NCBI RefSeq assembly: GCF_048261515.1
Contig: NZ_JBLXFZ010000002.1
Location: forward strand, 23,347 to 87,346
Length of the DNA: 64,000 nucleotides
From: Celeribacter sp.
GTDB lineage: Bacteria > Pseudomonadota > Alphaproteobacteria > Rhodobacterales > Rhodobacteraceae
Reading direction: 5' to 3'
Shown in pieces: positions 38,978-48,130 of the stretch. Position 1 is the stretch's first letter, and each line of letters opens with the position of its first letter. A program made the translations under genes and the position numbers. A model generated the notes under the pieces. That model saw only the letters and a list, made by a program, of their open reading frames with translations. It did not search any database and was not told where the DNA came from.

Positions 38978-40402
38978 ATGTCTCTCGTGGTCGGAATTAT
39001 CAAAGGGTCTCTTCCCAGCTATTTCCCTGAGAAATATGGCGTTTTCCCTGCCGCTTTTGCGGCTGTCGAGGAGGTCGCCTCTGGCGTTGATGCCCGTGTG
39101 GTGGAAGTGCCGAGCGTTCCCATGGATGGTTCTGGCGCGAGAGAGGCGGTCGATTATTGCAAAAGCAACGGCGTGGATTTCATTCTGCTTGTGCATGGTG
39201 GTTTCACTATGGGCGATGTTGCACGCGAAATCGCCGCGAGCGGAATGCCAATGGGGGTTTGGGCCACGCCTGAACCCGTTCATGAAAACGACATTCAGCT
39301 CAATAACTTTGTGTCCTTGAACATGAGCCTATCCATTGCACGCGGCGTGCGCGATCTACGTAAAGCGCCTGTGCAATGGTACTTCGGCGCACCCGATAGC
39401 GCACAGTTCCAAGCGCGTTTGGGGCGCACACTTCGAGCTTTGACGGCACGCAAGGCGTTGCAGCATGCGCGCATCGGTGTCGTCGGTGGTTTGGCGCCGA
39501 CATTCTACAATATGGCGGTGTCCCCCGACACGTTGAAGCGCAGCACAGGTGTTGAACCTGTACACGTTGATATGATGCGCATGACCGCTGGAATGGCGAA
39601 CTGTGCCGAGGATGACGTTGCGCGCGAAGTGGCCGCGATGTTGGCGAAAGCACCGATGCGCGGCGTGTCCGATGCTCATATGGAGAAAACCGCGCGGGCG
39701 GCATTGTCCCTTCGTGACATTGCAGCACAAGAGGGTTTCGTGGGCCTGGCCGTGTCGGACTGGCCGACTTTGCAAGAGGTCGAGGGTATCCATCCAGGTG
39801 CGGCGTTCACGTGGCTTGAAGAGAATGACAATATCCCCGTGGCTTCCGAAGGCGATGTGCTGGGAACGGTGACGCAACTCGTTGCGCGCGCGCTCACGGG
39901 ACGTGTCGGTTGCCTACTGGATATGACCTCCCCGCAGCTGGAGCAGAATCGAATTCTGATGTGGCATGGCGGTGGAGGGCCGCTCTATATGGCGGCGGGA
40001 GAGGCGGCTTGGATCAACAATCCCATGATCGGTCGTGGCACCCCTGAAGGGGCCTGTTTCGGGGCCATTGTGGACTATGAATTCAGTGATGGCGCGCACA
40101 CGATTTTGCGTGTTGCCCGCAGTGGCACAGCCACCTTCACCGTAGAAGGATCCGTGCAGGCGGGAGGAGAAACTGGCTTCACGGGGACGCGCGGCTGGGT
40201 CACGAATTTCCGTTCAAATACAGGTGATTGTACGGCATCCGATGTGGTCACGACAGTGATGGAGCACGGGCTTGAGCACCACTATGTCTTGGTGCCTGGT
40301 GAGTGGTCAGCCGACTTCAATGAGTTCTCGGCGTGGATGGCGATGGAACAACTTCCGGTTATTTCCGCCCATGATGGGCTGCCGAGCACTTCTATCGCTT
40401 GA
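38978..40402 (+). CDS. L-fucose/L-arabinose isomerase family protein
   Basis: VASEGDVLG, MWHGG, HHYVLVPG; overall layout of the FucI/AraA superfamily. Confidence 0.72.
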   Translation: MSLVVGIIKGSLPSYFPEKYGVFPAAFAAVEEVASGVDARVVEVPSVPMDGSGAREAVDYCKSNGVDFILLVHGGFTMGDVAREIAASGMPMGVWATPEPVHENDIQLNNFVSLNMSLSIARGVRDLRKAPVQWYFGAPDSAQFQARLGRTLRALTARKALQHARIGVVGGLAPTFYNMAVSPDTLKRSTGVEPVHVDMMRMTAGMANCAEDDVAREVAAMLAKAPMRGVSDAHMEKTARAALSLRDIAAQEGFVGLAVSDWPTLQEVEGIHPGAAFTWLEENDNIPVASEGDVLGTVTQLVARALTGRVGCLLDMTSPQLEQNRILMWHGGGGPLYMAAGEAAWINNPMIGRGTPEGACFGAIVDYEFSDGAHTILRVARSGTATFTVEGSVQAGGETGFTGTRGWVTNFRSNTGDCTASDVVTTVMEHGLEHHYVLVPGEWSADFNEFSAWMAMEQLPVISAHDGLPSTSIA

Positions 40403-40473
40403 CAGGTTCCGTAAAGCGTGTTCAGGTTGTATCAACAAATTCGTCAATACAGATTTAGGGTGGGAGAAGCTCG

Positions 40474-41523
40474 TTGACAAAAGTGCAGATAAAGTCGGTT
40501 CGGAAAGAATTCGGTGGTTTCACCGCAATCGAGAATATCGACTTGGACATCGAGTCGGGCGAGCTGGTCGCTTTGTTGGGGCCGTCGGGCTGCGGCAAGA
40601 CGACAACCTTGCGTATGATCGCAGGCCTTGAGCATCCGACAAGTGGGGAGATTTTGTTTGACGGGCGCGATGTTTCTGATCATCCCGTCCAAGATCGGAA
40701 CGTAGGCATGGTGTTCCAGCGCTATGCGCTGTTCCCGCATATGACGGTCGAAAAGAACGTGGCGTTTGGTCTGAAAGTGCGTGGCACGCCTCAGTCCGAG
40801 ATTGCTCCGCGTCTCGACGAAATCCTCGACGTGGTTCAACTGACGCAGTTCCGTCACCGCTTCCCCGCCCAACTTTCTGGCGGACAGATGCAGCGTGTCG
40901 CGATTGCGCGGACACTCATCACCAAGCCTTCGGTCCTGATGATGGACGAGCCGCTTGCAAACCTCGACACGAAACTGCGCGGCGAGATGCGCCAGTTTAT
41001 TCGCGAGTTGCAGCAGCGCTTCGGGATCACGACGATCTTCGTGACGCACGATCAGGTTGAGGCGATGGAACTCGCTGACCGTGTAGCGGTGATTTTCAAC
41101 GGCCATCTGGCGCAATTCGACACGCCGGAAGCGCTCTACAATCATCCCAAAACGCTTGATGTCGCCGACTTCATGGGCGCGTCGAACATCGTGCCTGGCC
41201 GCATGACTTCGGCCACGTCGGTGACAACCGATCTGGGTGAAGTCAGCGTCGTCGCACGTGATGACATCTCCGCAAACCAGTCGGTTCAGGTCATGCTCCG
41301 CAGTGAAGCTATTGATTTGAAGCTCGAAGCTCCTGCTGCAGGTAATGCCATCAGCGGGACTGTAACAGGGCGCGACTTCTTCGGTGCGAACGTAAGCTAC
41401 GCCGTCGATTGTGGTGGACGAACCATCGAAGTTAACGAGCCAGGCGGTCGCCGCTTGGTCGATGTGGGGACGCCTGTGTGGCTCGATATCGCGCCCGACC
41501 GTGTTTGGCTCCTGCGAAACTGA
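40474..41523 (+). CDS. ABC transporter ATP-binding subunit (PotA/MalK-like)
   Basis: GPSGCGKT, LSGGQMQR, MDEP, TOBE-like tail. Confidence 0.95.
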   Translation: MTKVQIKSVRKEFGGFTAIENIDLDIESGELVALLGPSGCGKTTTLRMIAGLEHPTSGEILFDGRDVSDHPVQDRNVGMVFQRYALFPHMTVEKNVAFGLKVRGTPQSEIAPRLDEILDVVQLTQFRHRFPAQLSGGQMQRVAIARTLITKPSVLMMDEPLANLDTKLRGEMRQFIRELQQRFGITTIFVTHDQVEAMELADRVAVIFNGHLAQFDTPEALYNHPKTLDVADFMGASNIVPGRMTSATSVTTDLGEVSVVARDDISANQSVQVMLRSEAIDLKLEAPAAGNAISGTVTGRDFFGANVSYAVDCGGRTIEVNEPGGRRLVDVGTPVWLDIAPDRVWLLRN

Positions 41524-41589
41524 TCTGGCGCTTAAGCCTGAAACTTACTTTGGAGGAGTGAATTAATGAAAACTTTAGGGAGGACTACT

Positions 41590-42933
41590 ATGAAACACTC
41601 ATGGAAACTGGCGAGCGTCATCGCCATTGTGGCGGCTCAAGCTGCTGTAGCAGACGATGTGAATGAATTCCGCGAGGCATTCTTGGCTGGTGAACTCGAC
41701 TGGTCCGCTGTCGAAGCGCGCGCCCAAGAAGAGGGCGAAGTGAACCTGTACTACTACGGTGGTATCGACCCGCTGAATGTTTGGATGGACCGCGTTGTTG
41801 GACCTGCTATGTCCGACCTCGGAATCAAACTGAACCCCGTGCGCATCACCGCGACCAAAGATGCCGTCGATCTGGTTCTTGCCGAGAAGAACTCCGGTAA
41901 GGGCCTCGGCGAAGGTAGCATTGACCTCATCTGGTTGAACGGCGAAAACTTCGCAACGCTCAAGCGTCAAGACGCATTGTTCGGTTCGTTCGCAACGCTT
42001 CTGCCGAATTCGGCAAACCTTGAGTTTGATCCAGAAGATCCGCGTTCGCAGCTGAACCTGCGTGACTTCGGTGTTGAAAACAATGCCGCAGAAATGCCGT
42101 GGTCTGGCGATCAATACGTCTGTTCCTATAACGCTGACCGCGTTGCAGCAGAAGACGTGCCTTCCACTTTTGAAGAGATGCACGCCTATCTGGAAGAGAA
42201 CCCAGGCAAGTTCACCTACGTCAAGCCGCCGCACTACCTCGGCAACACCTTCGTTCAGGAAGTCATTTACGCATTCAATCCTGATGGTACGGGTGCCGAG
42301 CCTTTCCAACAGTCGCGTGACGACATCCCCGCAGAAGAGTTGGCACGTTTGATCGAGCCTGCCTTCGAATATCTTCGCGACATCGAGCCTCTGCTTCTTG
42401 ACGGGACCAATGGGAGCGCACGCTACCCTGAGGACAACCCCTCGCTGGACGGCTTGTTCTTGAACGGTGAGATTGACTTCTCCTGTGCGTTTGGCCTCTA
42501 CGGCGCGGCGACAGGGCTGGCTATGGGCACATTCCCGGAAGCTGCACAGCAGTTCATCTTCCCCGAAAACACCATGATCAAGAACAAGAACTATCTGGGT
42601 GCTCCATCCAATATGCCGAACCCCGCTGCGGCGATGGTTCTGGCTAACTGGATGACCTCGCTCGAGTCTCAGGCGACGAAAATGCAGATGGCGGGTCAGC
42701 CCGCAGGTATCGATGTGTGGAAACTCAGCGAAGCTGATGCTGCAACGCTCGCCGAAGCCTCTCCGGGCCTGATTGGTGTAACTGCGGAAGAACTTGCCGC
42801 TAATACCGCACCCGACACCAATGCGACGCTGGTTGATGTGATCGAGGCCACATGGCTCGAGTACATTGAGCGTGACAGCACGGACTCCATCGAAACCATC
42901 GTGGCGCGCGCCTACGAGAACCTTTCGAAGTAA
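41590..42933 (+). CDS. ABC transporter substrate-binding protein (YnjB-like)
   Basis: Signal peptide; IDLIWLNGENF, GKFTYVKPP motifs; alternative start at 41566. Confidence 0.8.
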   Translation: MKHSWKLASVIAIVAAQAAVADDVNEFREAFLAGELDWSAVEARAQEEGEVNLYYYGGIDPLNVWMDRVVGPAMSDLGIKLNPVRITATKDAVDLVLAEKNSGKGLGEGSIDLIWLNGENFATLKRQDALFGSFATLLPNSANLEFDPEDPRSQLNLRDFGVENNAAEMPWSGDQYVCSYNADRVAAEDVPSTFEEMHAYLEENPGKFTYVKPPHYLGNTFVQEVIYAFNPDGTGAEPFQQSRDDIPAEELARLIEPAFEYLRDIEPLLLDGTNGSARYPEDNPSLDGLFLNGEIDFSCAFGLYGAATGLAMGTFPEAAQQFIFPENTMIKNKNYLGAPSNMPNPAAAMVLANWMTSLESQATKMQMAGQPAGIDVWKLSEADAATLAEASPGLIGVTAEELAANTAPDTNATLVDVIEATWLEYIERDSTDSIETIVARAYENLSK

Positions 42934-42942
42934 AACGATCCT

Positions 42943-42971
42943 TGTCCGCCGCGCCCTACACGCGGCGGACA
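42943..42971 (+). terminator. Intercistronic 11-bp stem-loop after the SBP gene
   Basis: TGTCCGCCGCG-N7-CGCGGCGGACA. Confidence 0.55.
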
Positions 42972-42995
42972 CCATCCCCACATTTGGAGATCAGG

Positions 42996-43937
42996 ATGTC
43001 AAATCCTTCAGCGACAGTCCCTGAACCTGCGCGCGCGCCTCGCCGCACTCTCGCCGAAAGGCAACGCCGCGCCCGTTTCTGGCAAATTGCGCAACTCGTG
43101 CCGATGATGGCTGTGTTGCTGGTATTGTTTGGCGGCGCGCTTTTTCTAGCCGTTCTACAATCTCTCGGCTTTGCACCTTGGTTCGGGGTCAACACTTTCC
43201 CCGACTTCTCGTTCTTTGGCGCCCTGTGGGGATCCTCGACGTTCTGGGTGTCACTTTGGCTGACGCTCTATTACGCGACGGTGTCTACCATCCTCGCCTT
43301 GATCTTCGGTACGCTTTTGGCTCTGGCGCTGGTGAAAACCTTCCCAAGCAAAACGCTCTATAAGTACCTCTACAAACTGCCATTGATGATCCCCTATACC
43401 GTCGGGATCGCCCTTGCCATGATCATGCTCGGCAATGGCGGTATGCTCTCTCGCTTGGCAGCATTCTTCGGACTGATCGACGATCCGTCGCAGTTCATCC
43501 AAATCCTCAAGACGCACTACGGGTGGGGCATCATCGCCGTGTACGTCTGGAAGCAGACACCGTTCATCACTTTGGCAGTATATGCCGTGTTGCTCGGGGT
43601 AGGGCGCGAAACCGAAGAAGCAGCCGCGATCCTTGGTGCTCGCAAATACCGCATCTTCTTCAGCGTTACCCTGCCGCAAATCCTGCCAGGTATCGTGTCG
43701 TCGACGCTCATCTGCTTCGCCTTCAATGTCGGCGCTTTCGAGGCTCCGTTTATTCTGGGGGGAGGGTTCCCTGATACCCTGCCAGTGGTGGCGTGGCGCT
43801 ACTTCAATGACGCAGACTACACATTGCAATTGCAAGGCATGGCAACTGTTGTGTCCATCGGAATGGTCGCGGGTGTGATCTTGTTCTCATACCTCGCAGT
43901 ATACCGACGCTACGAGCGTCGTATGGGGCGGAACTGA
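42996..43937 (+). CDS. ABC transporter permease
   Basis: TM segments; EAA motif ETEEAAAILGA. Confidence 0.9.
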   Translation: MSNPSATVPEPARAPRRTLAERQRRARFWQIAQLVPMMAVLLVLFGGALFLAVLQSLGFAPWFGVNTFPDFSFFGALWGSSTFWVSLWLTLYYATVSTILALIFGTLLALALVKTFPSKTLYKYLYKLPLMIPYTVGIALAMIMLGNGGMLSRLAAFFGLIDDPSQFIQILKTHYGWGIIAVYVWKQTPFITLAVYAVLLGVGRETEEAAAILGARKYRIFFSVTLPQILPGIVSSTLICFAFNVGAFEAPFILGGGFPDTLPVVAWRYFNDADYTLQLQGMATVVSIGMVAGVILFSYLAVYRRYERRMGRN

Positions 43938-43938
43938 T

Positions 43939-44799
43939 ATGAAAAAAGCAAATGATACTTCACTGAACGAGCGTCTGTCCCCGTTCCAGAAGTTCTACCT
44001 GATTATCGTGGTGGGCTTTATCCTCGGGCCGTTCATTCCTTTGATCATTCAGAGTTTCGCCTTCCGCTGGGCGTGGCCTGATCTCCTGCCGAGCACTTGG
44101 TGGCTTGAACAGCGCGAGAAATCGATGTTCCCGCTCGCATGGGACTACGTTCTCTCGCCTTACAGCAACCTGTGGGAGGCGACGGTTAACACTGTGGTGA
44201 TCGGGCTTGTGGTGACATTCATCTGTCTCGCGATCTCCCTGCCTGCCGCAAAGGTTCTGGCGCGTGACCAGTTCCGTGGAAAGAACGCGTTTGAGTTCTT
44301 CCTGTCGCTGCCACTGATTGTGCCCGAAGCTGCGATTGGTATCGCTCTGTTGATGATCTTCATTCATCTCGGATTGGCGGGTACCTACGTGGGGATTGTG
44401 ATCGCCCATTTGATCCCGACCATTCCCTACATGGTGCGAATGCTCACATCCGTCTATCAGGGTCTCGGCCGTGATTTCGAGGAACAGGCGATGATCTTGG
44501 GTGCAAGCCCGTTGCAGGTCCTGCGCCTTGTGACCCTTCCCATGCTGTTGCCTGGCGTTGTGGCCGGTGCGTTGTTCACCTTCCTTGTGTCAACCAACAT
44601 CTTCTTGCTGACCTTCTTCCTTGGACAAGGGAAGGTCATCACCTTGCCGACGCTTTTGTTCTCGAAAATCTCAAGCGGAACGCTCGACGCCTCCGCCGCT
44701 GGCCTCGCTTTGATTGTGACCGTTCCCGGGATCATTCTGCTCATCATCTCTGAGCGCTTCATCAAAGAAGAAGCTTTCGGCAAAGGCTTTGGAAATTAA
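43939..44799 (+). CDS. ABC transporter permease
   Basis: EAA motif FEEQAMILGAS. Confidence 0.9.
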   Translation: MKKANDTSLNERLSPFQKFYLIIVVGFILGPFIPLIIQSFAFRWAWPDLLPSTWWLEQREKSMFPLAWDYVLSPYSNLWEATVNTVVIGLVVTFICLAISLPAAKVLARDQFRGKNAFEFFLSLPLIVPEAAIGIALLMIFIHLGLAGTYVGIVIAHLIPTIPYMVRMLTSVYQGLGRDFEEQAMILGASPLQVLRLVTLPMLLPGVVAGALFTFLVSTNIFLLTFFLGQGKVITLPTLLFSKISSGTLDASAAGLALIVTVPGIILLIISERFIKEEAFGKGFGN

Positions 44800-44812
44800 A
44801 AGGACGTTTCAC

Positions 44813-45922
44813 ATGATCGACCCAACTATCCTCAGTCGCTTCCCCAAGATCGACCCCAAGACCCTTGAGGCACGACTTGGACGGCCAGGGCCTTCTCCGC
44901 GCGTGATCATTGATACCGACACCGCCAACGAAATCGATGACCAATATGCTCTCGCATGGTCCTTGCTCTCTCCTGAGCGGATGGATCTGGAAGGCGTCAC
45001 CGCTGTGCCGTTTTCCTTTGCCCACCACAGGGAAGGCCTGCTCGAGTCCTATGACCTGATCAAAGACGCAGAAGGCAAGGGCGATGCCGAGCGCTTCATG
45101 GGCGGCTTCGGTGGATGGGCCAAGCGGCTGATCGACCAAGGGCGTAGCGTTGATGACGTCACCTTTGTCGGCCCCGCTGAAGGCGTGGAACTCTCTTATC
45201 AAGAGATCCTGCGCGTCTTCGACAAATGCGGCGTATCGAGTGAGGGGAAGGTCTTTAAAGGATCGCCCGCGTATCTCGAAAGTTTTGATCAGCCCATCGA
45301 CACGCCTGCCGCACGGTTCATCATCGAGCGTGCGCGTGCCGAGGATGATCGCCCGCTGTATGTGCTCGCTATGGGTGCCCTGACGAATATCGCGTCTGCC
45401 TTGCTTATGGCGCCCGATATCATCGAGAAGATCGTCGTGGTTTGGACCGCATCCTTCCCGTCCTACGCGCCGTTCTGTAACGAGCCGTCATTGAACCTCG
45501 TGCAGGATAAACTTGCCTCGCAGCTTTTGTTCGAGAGCGGCGTCCCGCATGTCTATCTGCCTGGCTATCACGTCGGTGCGCAGCTGAAGATTTCGCTGCC
45601 TGAGATGGAGCGGTTTGTGAGCGGGCAGGGCGCGATTGGTGACTACCTCCACCACTTGTATACGCATAACCCGCTGCACGACATGTTCGCGATCACGGAT
45701 GCGGAAACAAAGACATGGGTGATCTGGGACATCATCAATGTCGCGTGGCTGTTCGATCCTGACTATGTCTCGACCAAGATCATGCCGTCTCCTGTTCTCA
45801 ATGACGAGTTGTATTGGGAGCATCCAGAGGGCGCGCATATGATGCTGGAAGCCTTCGATCTCGATCGAGATGCGATCTTTGAGGACTTCTACGAAACACT
45901 AAAGCGCGCACCAAAAGCGTAA
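44813..45922 (+). CDS. Nucleoside hydrolase (IU-NH family)
   Basis: IIDTDTANEIDD, MGALTNIA, WDIINVA. Confidence 0.88.
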   Translation: MIDPTILSRFPKIDPKTLEARLGRPGPSPRVIIDTDTANEIDDQYALAWSLLSPERMDLEGVTAVPFSFAHHREGLLESYDLIKDAEGKGDAERFMGGFGGWAKRLIDQGRSVDDVTFVGPAEGVELSYQEILRVFDKCGVSSEGKVFKGSPAYLESFDQPIDTPAARFIIERARAEDDRPLYVLAMGALTNIASALLMAPDIIEKIVVVWTASFPSYAPFCNEPSLNLVQDKLASQLLFESGVPHVYLPGYHVGAQLKISLPEMERFVSGQGAIGDYLHHLYTHNPLHDMFAITDAETKTWVIWDIINVAWLFDPDYVSTKIMPSPVLNDELYWEHPEGAHMMLEAFDLDRDAIFEDFYETLKRAPKA

Positions 45923-45991
45923 CCCAATCCCTCCTCCCGGGTGCTAGAGGCCTGTAAGTGCAACCCGTTCTTACAGGCCTCTATAGGTTTG
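45743..45991 (+). repeat. ~249-bp direct repeat, copy 1 (3' end of nucleoside hydrolase plus terminator)
   Basis: Roughly 90% identical by eye to 53722-53969. Confidence 0.92.
45945..45983 (+). terminator. 14-bp stem-loop ending the catabolic operon
   Basis: TAGAGGCCTGTAAG-N11-CTTACAGGCCTCTA. Confidence 0.7.
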
Positions 45992-46370
45992 TAAGCGGGG
46001 TTCCGACCTTGCAGTTACCTACTCATGGAATGTGGCGAATTGACTTACCGCAAGCGGTAAACTCGCGCCATTGGCACCGCCTGCCTGATTTGCTGGATGG
46101 TCGCCGAAGCCATGTGCAACCTAATGCTTACTTCGACAAGTGTCGCAACGGTTGGCCGCATTCCGTCCTTGGCGACAATCGATGAGAACAGCCCCTTGCT
46201 GCGGTGCAGCTTCATCAAAGGGCTTATCCATTGCGTGGTGCTGGACGGCCTTAAATGCCAAGGTCGGCAAAACGGACAAAACACCCCTCCGCTGTGGCGA
46301 GATCAATAGACGCTTTTTGTCTAAGCACAGCCCGCTGTGATTGGGCCGAACTTTGGTTCGTCGCATAGTC

Positions 46371-46652
46371 TTAGAAATCATCAACTTCAGGGACATTCCC
46401 AAGCCTGACAATGAATCTGGGTGCTCCGACTTCTCCACTGCCTGTGTCCTCGCTAATCGAATAGGCGTCAGCGCCTACACAATTTTCACTCAGGGCTTCC
46501 CGTTCGGCTCTATTTTGGGCTTCTACTGCTGTTGAATACTGGAACTGTTTGCCGATTTTTAGTCCGGATCACTCATCTCGTCCGGGCTTTTGTTCCACAT
46601 AGGTCTGGCAGATATAGTGAACTTTGCTTGCACTTTCGTCTACTTTTTTCAT
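46371..46652 (-). pseudogene. Small hypothetical gene with an internal stop
   Basis: MKKVDESASKVHYICQTYVEQKPGRDE*SGLKIGKQFQYSTAVEAQNRAERE...LGNVPEVDDF*; TGA at 46569-46571; AAGGA RBS. Confidence 0.6.
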
Positions 46653-46755
46653 GGTAAATCCTTTGTGCAATGTGTTGTGCCATTGACGATTGAAAGGACG
46701 AGAACGTCAGATATGTTGAGCCATTGTTTTGGCACCGGGCCAGTTTTGGCATGCA

Positions 46756-46947
46756 TTAGCGCGGGGGATTTGTCGACGCTTTTCCTTCGCGCCCGAGACG
46801 CGCGATGCGCAGACGGTTGATCTTGGTTTCCCGTTGTTCCGCCTCTTCTTCAATTAGCTTTCGGACAATGCGGGTTGTCTTGTCCATCGCGGTTTCCGCT
46901 TTGGGCTTTTGCGGTTTGAACAGATTTGATTTTGTCAGTTTTTCCAA
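46756..46947 (-). CDS. Small basic hypothetical protein
   Basis: TTG start after an AAGGA RBS; KLTKSNLFKP...AEQRETKINRLRIARL. Confidence 0.55.
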   Translation of the reverse strand: MEKLTKSNLFKPQKPKAETAMDKTTRIVRKLIEEEAEQRETKINRLRIARLGREGKASTNPPR

Positions 46948-46996
46948 CTGGTTTCCTTCTCTTTGATATTTTCGTGGCACGTCGGAACGGCGTCGT

Positions 46997-48130
46997 TCAG
47001 ACCCGTGCCAGATGTTCGATCGGCCCCTGAACGTCGCGCGCGTGCGGCGCGGATCGGTCGTTGAGCAGTTTTGTCGGGATGTCGGGGGCCGCCATGGTGC
47101 GCATCAGTGCGCTGTAGTTCATCTGGAACCGCATTTGCGATCCAACGCCGTGCGTCGTCGTGCCGTTCGTTCCTGTGGTGCCAAGGACAAGGTGGTCGCT
47201 TGTCGCGCCGATGAACCTGTGTCCCGATGGTATCGAAAGCCCGTCTGCATCCGTGTCCTGATACCCGATGGCAAGGATAATCCGCGTTGCGTCCCGACTG
47301 TCGGGCACCAGTCGTATGCCCGCCAAGGTGATATCCGCATAGCTCACGAAGGGGCGCAAGGACTTCGCATCCGTTTCGATCACTTCGGCCACCAGCGTGA
47401 AGGCGTCCTGAAAAAGACCGTCAATCGGAGTCCCTGTGAGGGGATCGACACCGAGTAAAAGGGCCTCACCAATGCGCAGGTCGTTTATCCGGCCTGTTGC
47501 GTGCGTGCCAAATGCCCACGGCAGGTTTGCCGAATTGCCGCCCGAGACCGTTTCGAGAAGAGGGCCACACTGGACCTCGATATCATCGGCAAGTGCCGAG
47601 AATGCCCGCATTTTTGCTGCCGTAGGGGCAATGCCGCTCAGGCAGGCGAAATTTGTGCCGATGCCTGTCAGCACCACTCCTGGTGTGTCCATGACGTGTC
47701 GCGCCATATCGCCCAGATCATGCGGCATGATCCCCTCGCGCATATCGCCCATTTCGACCATCAGGATGATGCCGTGAACCGTGTTTTGCCGCATGGCCGC
47801 CACGGCAAGCGCCGAGATCACCGACATTTCGGTATTGTAACTCGTGTCACAGAGGTGAACGATGTCATCGACCTGGCTCAACATCGGGGTCCGGATCAGA
47901 GTGATCGGAGAGCGGATGCCTGCCTGCCGCAAACGCTTCACATTGCTCAAACGCGCCTCGGCCAAACCTACGGCGCCACCATCGAGCATTGCGCGCGCGA
48001 TGGCGGGATGGCCGCGCACCGCCTTGGTGACGGCGGTAAGGCCGATCCCGCGTGTCTGAAGACGTTTTGCGAGCGTTTTGGTGTTGTGGCGCAGCTTGTG
48101 CAGATCCACTTCCAGTCGCGGGCAGGTCAT
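46997..48130 (-). CDS. PLP-dependent alanine/ornithine racemase family protein
   Basis: AVTK (PLP lysine), EMGDMREG, GTNFAC, SGGNS, RIGEALLLG. Confidence 0.88.
   Translation of the reverse strand: MTCPRLEVDLHKLRHNTKTLAKRLQTRGIGLTAVTKAVRGHPAIARAMLDGGAVGLAEARLSNVKRLRQAGIRSPITLIRTPMLSQVDDIVHLCDTSYNTEMSVISALAVAAMRQNTVHGIILMVEMGDMREGIMPHDLGDMARHVMDTPGVVLTGIGTNFACLSGIAPTAAKMRAFSALADDIEVQCGPLLETVSGGNSANLPWAFGTHATGRINDLRIGEALLLGVDPLTGTPIDGLFQDAFTLVAEVIETDAKSLRPFVSYADITLAGIRLVPDSRDATRIILAIGYQDTDADGLSIPSGHRFIGATSDHLVLGTTGTNGTTTHGVGSQMRFQMNYSALMRTMAAPDIPTKLLNDRSAPHARDVQGPIEHLARV

Noticed and set aside
41599-42981. 460-aa minus-strand ORF
   Set aside because: Shadow of the SBP gene
46045-46438. Short minus-strand ORFs after the nucleoside hydrolase
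   Set aside because: Fragmented with no assignable family; left uncalled
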